64,000 bases of DNA from Turneriella sp. (GTDB taxonomy: Bacteria > Spirochaetota > Leptospiria > Turneriellales > Turneriellaceae), in contig CBDIID010000003.1 in the NCBI GenBank assembly GCA_965279515.1, positions 4,032,001 to 4,096,000 of the forward strand. Reading direction: 5' to 3'. The first letter of the stretch is position 1, and each line of letters opens with the position of its first letter. This document shows, piece by piece, positions 59,562 to 64,000 of the stretch. A program made the position numbers and the translations under genes. The notes beneath the pieces are model-generated. The model searched no databases. It was not told where the DNA came from and worked only from the letters and a program-made list of their open reading frames with translations.

Positions 59562-59708
59562 ACCGCCGGTTGAGCGCTCGCAATCGGCTTGACGGTGTGT
59601 CTTTTTGATTGGTTTCTCCGCCTGCCCCATCTTAAGGGTGGGGTTGTTAAGGAGCACGTAGTGCCCCTTAAAGAAAAATAATACCCACCACCGCAGGTGG
59701 TGGGCCAG

Positions 59709-59790
59709 GCTCGGGTGGTGGAATTGGTAGACACGTACGCTTGAGGTGCGTATGCTTTACGGCGTGGGGGTTCAAGTCCCCCCTCGAGTA
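59709..59790 (+). tRNA. tRNA-Leu(GAG)
   Basis: GGTGGAATTGGTAGACAC D-arm, TACGC-TT-GAG-GT-GCGTA, long variable arm, GGTTCAAGTCC. Confidence 0.97.
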
Positions 59791-59829
59791 CATTTTGCCC
59801 GGTAAACCCGGGTCCGGGGAAATCCCGTT

Positions 59830-60012
59830 ATGAATCAAAAAGACGGCGCCAGGCGTGCCGAAGATGATCTTGCAGATTCCATCGCCAGTCTGTGGCAGAA
59901 AATCGACAGTGAAGCTGCTGCGGCAAAAAACGCCGAAACCATGAAGTCCGAAGCCCTGATTCTCGAATGGGCGGGCAAACTCGCAGAAATCCTCAAAGGC
60001 CAGCGCAAATAA
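59830..60012 (+). CDS. small hypothetical protein
   Basis: 60-aa helical ORF ending 1 bp before the HAD gene. Confidence 0.5.
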   Translation: MNQKDGARRAEDDLADSIASLWQKIDSEAAAAKNAETMKSEALILEWAGKLAEILKGQRK

Positions 60013-60013
60013 T

Positions 60014-60697
60014 ATGGTGAAACACGTCTATCTCTTCGATATCGACGGCACGCTGATCAACGCGCGCGGCATGGGCTCAAGACTCTTCAGGCAGAGCGTC
60101 GCTGAAACCCTGGGCTATGAACCTGCGTGGGGTCATATCGATTTCGCAGGCCAGACCGACGCAGGGCTACTCAGCCGGGCCCTCGCCGAGGCAAAATACA
60201 CGGTCGCCCCTGACACCCATGCGCGTTTTTTTGAGCGCTACCATGGCCACCTCGAAACCAATTTCCGTCAGAGTCCCGCCGAAATACTGCCGGGTGTCGG
60301 CGATGTGCTGCGCCATCTGGCGGATGACCCCGGTGCCTTACTGGCGCTTCTTACCGGAAACACGCGCCGGGGTAGCGAGCTCAAGCTCGGCGACCTCTTC
60401 CATACTTTTGCTTTCGGCGTTTTCGGAGACAAGCACGCCGACCGCAATGACCTGGGCCGCGAAGCGAGAAGTTATGTCGATGCCACCTTCGGCGCAGACG
60501 TGCGCCTGACCGTCATTGGCGACACTCCCAACGATATTGCTTGCGCACGCGCCGCGGGTGCAACGGCTGTGGCTGTCGCGACGGGATCTTTTTCCCCGGC
60601 GGATTTAGCGCATGCAGACCGGGTTTATACAGACCTGACAGAGTGGTTGCCCGGCATCATGCACAGGCCGCACCCTGCGCAGCCCCACGCTGGATAA
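60014..60697 (+). CDS. HAD-family hydrolase (phosphoglycolate phosphatase-like)
   Basis: FDIDGTL, LTGN, IGDTPND. Confidence 0.92.
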   Translation: MVKHVYLFDIDGTLINARGMGSRLFRQSVAETLGYEPAWGHIDFAGQTDAGLLSRALAEAKYTVAPDTHARFFERYHGHLETNFRQSPAEILPGVGDVLRHLADDPGALLALLTGNTRRGSELKLGDLFHTFAFGVFGDKHADRNDLGREARSYVDATFGADVRLTVIGDTPNDIACARAAGATAVAVATGSFSPADLAHADRVYTDLTEWLPGIMHRPHPAQPHAG

Positions 60698-60965
60698 CAG
60701 GCTCCTGTGCCGGTAAGCCCGTGATCTGGGTGGTGGTGAGAAAAGCGTTGTCCATCATCACCAGCGGCGCCAAATGGCAGTTACCCGAGCAGCGTATCGT
60801 ATCCAGTTTCACCGAACCGTCGGCACTGACGGGGTTCTCCTGAATGCCGAACTTCTCTTTGATCAGCTGCATCGCGCGGCCGCCGCCTTTGTGTGTGCAA
60901 CTGATTCCTGTGCAGATGGTAATCCTGCGCAGTGCTGCTTTCGGGCGTTTCGTCGTTGCTTTCAT
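60657..60965 (-). CDS. thioredoxin-like [2Fe-2S] ferredoxin (NuoE-like domain)
   Basis: CTGISC...CSGNCHLAP. Confidence 0.82.
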   Translation of the reverse strand: MKATTKRPKAALRRITICTGISCTHKGGGRAMQLIKEKFGIQENPVSADGSVKLDTIRCSGNCHLAPLVMMDNAFLTTTQITGLPAQEPVIQRGAAQGAACA

Positions 60966-61043
60966 AGCTGTCTTTAACCCATTTCCGCGTCCCCGTCAAT
61001 GCGGTGATCGACGCAGCATACCGCGTAATATTACCTGGCAGAG

Positions 61044-62099
61044 TTAATCAAATTCCAGCTTATCGAGCCGCTTTATGGCTTTTTGCATGAGGCTCGAATG
61101 GCAGCGTGTTCTCAGCTCGGCCGGGGTGAGGAATTTACCGCCCGGTATTTCCGCTTTGATAAACATGAGTTTGGCGGAGATCTTATAGCGGGTAATCGTA
61201 TGCCTGAAATCGAGCGGTAAATTCTGGGCCCGTGAAAGTGTTTTTTTGATCAGTGCGGCGGATATTTTTCCGGGCAGCGTTGCCACATTACCCTTAGGCG
61301 GTAGCACGAGATATGCCGGGAACATTAGTTCGCCGCTGAGAAACGGAAATTTTTCGGTATTTTCAAAGACCTGGTACTTATTGCCCTTGCGGTGAACAAA
61401 CATGAGCCAGAGTACTTCCAGCGCTTCAACGCGTGCCGCTTTTTTAGGAAACTGCATCTGCTGGCCGGCAGCATAGGCTCCACAAAAATCAGCGGCGAAA
61501 CATTTATCGCAGGCCGGTTTTTTTTTGCAGATCGTCTGCCCCCATTGCATGAGTGCTTCGTTGACGTCGCCCGCCGGCATCTTTGTCTCAAAAAGCGGCG
61601 CGGCGGCGCGCCCGGCGGCCTCGCGGAATTTCTGGCCGCCCTGCGGATGCGCGATGGTGTAGATGCGTGAAAGCACGCGCGCGTGGTTGGCATCGAGCGC
61701 GAGAATTTTTTCGCCGCCATGGATCGACGCAACGATCGCGGCGGTGTAATGGCCGATACCGGGAATCCGTACCAGCTCGCCGTAAGCGACCGGCACTTCA
61801 GCCTTGTGCTTTTTTACAATTTCGACGGCAGCCTTGAACATGTTGCGCGCGCGCGAATAATAACCCATACCCTGGAAGGCAGCGAGCACATCTTCGAGGG
61901 GACCTTTGGCCAATGCTTTTACATCGGGGAACCGCTTGAGGAAGGTCTTGAGCTTTTCTTTACCGGCGGCAATCTGCGTTTGCTGCAGAAAAATTTCCGT
62001 GATCCAGGTGCGGTAGGGATTCCGCTCCAGGCGAAATTCATAGCGGTGTTTCTCCCCGGCATACCAGGCTAAGAGGCGATTGACAAGGCTATCGGGCAA
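61044..62099 (-). CDS. mutY: A/G-specific adenine glycosylase
   Basis: EIFLQQT, GMGYYSRARN, PGIGHYTA, LDAN, four-Cys Fe-S motif. Confidence 0.92.
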   Translation of the reverse strand: MPDSLVNRLLAWYAGEKHRYEFRLERNPYRTWITEIFLQQTQIAAGKEKLKTFLKRFPDVKALAKGPLEDVLAAFQGMGYYSRARNMFKAAVEIVKKHKAEVPVAYGELVRIPGIGHYTAAIVASIHGGEKILALDANHARVLSRIYTIAHPQGGQKFREAAGRAAAPLFETKMPAGDVNEALMQWGQTICKKKPACDKCFAADFCGAYAAGQQMQFPKKAARVEALEVLWLMFVHRKGNKYQVFENTEKFPFLSGELMFPAYLVLPPKGNVATLPGKISAALIKKTLSRAQNLPLDFRHTITRYKISAKLMFIKAEIPGGKFLTPAELRTRCHSSLMQKAIKRLDKLEFD

Positions 62100-63387
62100 A
62101 GACAGCTTCTCCGTCGATGAGCGTCATCGCCACCATTTCTGTGTGTGGCCGGTAGAGAATACGGTTGAGCCGTTCGGAAAGTGACGAATAATGGTTCGGC
62201 TCTTCATCGAGCAATGTATCACACCGGCTATCGTCGATCAGCGCCAGGTCTGCGCGTTTGCCGACGGTAAAGCTACCAAGTTCATCTGCACGGCCGAGTG
62301 CCTGGGCATTGCCCAGCGTCGCCTGGTAGAGCGCCGTTGCGCAGTTCACGCCGACCTCGCTGCCATCGAAGTGCGCCCGCAGCTTGGCCATCTCTGCCAT
62401 CTGTTTTGCTTCATGCAGCATCGAGAGCGAGTATCCCGCTGCTACGTCGGTGCCGAGCCCCAGGCGCAAACCCGCTTTCTGAAAAGCTGCATACGGCAGA
62501 ATGCCGCTACCGAGGAAGTTGTTTGAGACCGGGCAGTGGACGATCACGCTTTGCCGTTCGCGTATCCGTTGCTGCTCGTCCGCTGTCAGGTGAATGCCGT
62601 GGCCTAACAGGGATTTCCCGTGGAGGCAGCCGTACGTATCGTAAACCTCGGTGTAACTTTTTGCCTCGGGAAAAAGTTTTAGCGTCGTTGCGATCTCCGC
62701 CGTGTTCTCGCTGATGTGCGTTTGCAGAAAAGTATCATGCCCGCGGCTGATCTCGCCGCAGAGCTGTAACAGCCCGGCAGTACAGCTGATGGCAAAACGC
62801 GGTGTGACGACAAATTCCGCGCGGTTTTTCTTATGGTACTGGCCAATGAGCCGGGTCATATCCTTTTCAGCAGTAGCGGCATCCGTGAGAAGAGCCTTCG
62901 GCACATTGCGGTCCATCAGGGTAAGGCCCAGGTAGGCGCGTATGCCCGAACGTTCTGCCTCGGCGAAGGCGATATCGGCTGCAGCAGCAAAAGACGACAG
63001 GTAGGCGACGACGGTGGTCGTGCCCTGTGTCAGGCAGCTCTGGAAAAAATTGAGGCTCTGCAGTTCAGCCACCGCAGCGTCGGCAAAACGTGACTCCTGC
63101 GGAAAGGTATATTTTTCGAGCCAGGGCAATAATGCCTCAGCGCCCTGCGCGGCAAATTCATACTGCGGCAGATGCGTATGCAGGTCGATGAGTCCAGGCA
63201 GGGCAATGGCGTCATCGCGCACGAGCACGTCGTAGCTTTTGAGTTTTTCGGGCGCCGGCGCAGTGGCTGAGAAATATTCAATAATGCCCTGTTCATTCCA
63301 GAGCAAAAAGGCTTTGTCAAAAAATTCCAACCGGCCATCCGCAGTGGGATTCACAAACGCGGCGGTAATACCTCCCTTTTTGCGCAT
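62089..63387 (-). CDS. guaD: guanine deaminase
   Basis: DLHTHLPQ, WLEKYTFP, TPRFA, QTHISE, HCPVSN, GTDVAAG. Confidence 0.93.
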   Translation of the reverse strand: MRKKGGITAAFVNPTADGRLEFFDKAFLLWNEQGIIEYFSATAPAPEKLKSYDVLVRDDAIALPGLIDLHTHLPQYEFAAQGAEALLPWLEKYTFPQESRFADAAVAELQSLNFFQSCLTQGTTTVVAYLSSFAAAADIAFAEAERSGIRAYLGLTLMDRNVPKALLTDAATAEKDMTRLIGQYHKKNRAEFVVTPRFAISCTAGLLQLCGEISRGHDTFLQTHISENTAEIATTLKLFPEAKSYTEVYDTYGCLHGKSLLGHGIHLTADEQQRIRERQSVIVHCPVSNNFLGSGILPYAAFQKAGLRLGLGTDVAAGYSLSMLHEAKQMAEMAKLRAHFDGSEVGVNCATALYQATLGNAQALGRADELGSFTVGKRADLALIDDSRCDTLLDEEPNHYSSLSERLNRILYRPHTEMVAMTLIDGEAVFAR

Positions 63388-63392
63388 GGGGA

Positions 63393-64000
63393 CTATTCTA
63401 TGACGGGAATCGGCCCCGTCAATTTACCTTCACGGAACTGTTCGAAATAGGGTTCGCTCGTGGTCTTAAACTCATCGCGCGTGAGTATACCGTGCAGCCG
63501 GCCGCCGACCATCAGGCCGATACGGTCGGCGAGTTTGTAGGCGAGATTAAAATCGTGTGCGACAACGATGGCTGTGCTGCCGAGATTGCGTTTAATGCCC
63601 TTGATGAGTTCGGCGATCGCGTCGGTGAGCACGGGGTCGAGCCCCGCTGTCGGGTCATCGAACAGCAGAATTCTCGGGTCCATCGCAATGGCGCGCGCAA
63701 TGCCGGCGCGTTTTTGCATCCCCCCGGAAAGCTCTGACGGATATTTGTCTTCGACGTCCTTAAGACCGGCACGGTTCAGGCATTCGGTTGCTTTCGCGCG
63801 CAGCGCATCCGCATCGAGTTTGCTGAAACGCCGCAGGGCGAAGACAACATTCTCCCAGACATGCAGGGAATCGAAGAGACCCGATTTCTGGAACACGTAG
63901 CCGATCTGCTGGCGCAGCTGGTCGAGTTCGCGGTTTTTCAGCTTATGCACATTGCGCCCGAGAATTTCAGCCGTGCCGCGCTGCGGCCTGAACAGGCCGA
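63393..64000 (-). CDS. mlaF: ABC transporter ATP-binding protein, MlaF-like (5' end outside the window)
   Basis: GYVFQKSGLFDSL, LSGGMQKR, FDDPTAGLDP. Confidence 0.82.
   Translation of the reverse strand, partial: GLFRPQRGTAEILGRNVHKLKNRELDQLRQQIGYVFQKSGLFDSLHVWENVVFALRRFSKLDADALRAKATECLNRAGLKDVEDKYPSELSGGMQKRAGIARAIAMDPRILLFDDPTAGLDPVLTDAIAELIKGIKRNLGSTAIVVAHDFNLAYKLADRIGLMVGGRLHGILTRDEFKTTSEPYFEQFREGKLTGPIPVIE

Noticed and set aside
1..64000. CRISPR arrays, rRNA, defence systems, and the many long antisense ORFs in the track
   Set aside because: No regularly spaced repeats, rRNA or cas/defence motifs were seen; antisense ORFs are shadows of well-supported genes.

Overview
A gene-dense 64 kb bacterial window, most consistent with a Leptospiraceae spirochaete, probably Turneriella-like (inferred from the 7TM-DISM, SpoIIE and cyclase repertoire and the gene order). 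It has three parts. (1) 1-34.5 kb is core housekeeping and envelope genes (plsX, panD, thiE, murJ, lptC, msbA with GT9s, serA, ispF, trpB, rimP-nusA-infB-rbfA, srkA) mixed with signalling genes. (2) 34.5-55.2 kb is an accessory block next to tRNA-Arg(ACG) that looks like a self-contained low-oxygen/dormancy regulon. It encodes a FixL-type haem-PAS plus NifL-type PAS kinase, a multi-step phosphorelay with two NarL/FixJ regulators, PfkB, PpsA, a P-type ATPase, an M50-CBS protease, a baeRF/host-attachment protein and an SQR-TusE-DsrE sulfide module. Reading the intergenic DNA directly shows six copies of a 7-4-7 operator, nCA(C/G)GTA-N4-TAC(C/G)(C/T)Gn (one degenerate), each exactly 21 bp upstream of a sigma70 -35 hexamer. 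Three of these promoters appear to be leaderless. (3) 55.6-64 kb is core again (polA, tRNA-Leu, mutY, guaD, mlaF). Other items are a MITE-like element after rbfA, a hairpin-expanded ghost copy of tRNA-Arg, a CyaC-like redox adenylate cyclase, two gene remnants and an unannotated small His/Cys protein. All family assignments come from motif recognition, not database searches.
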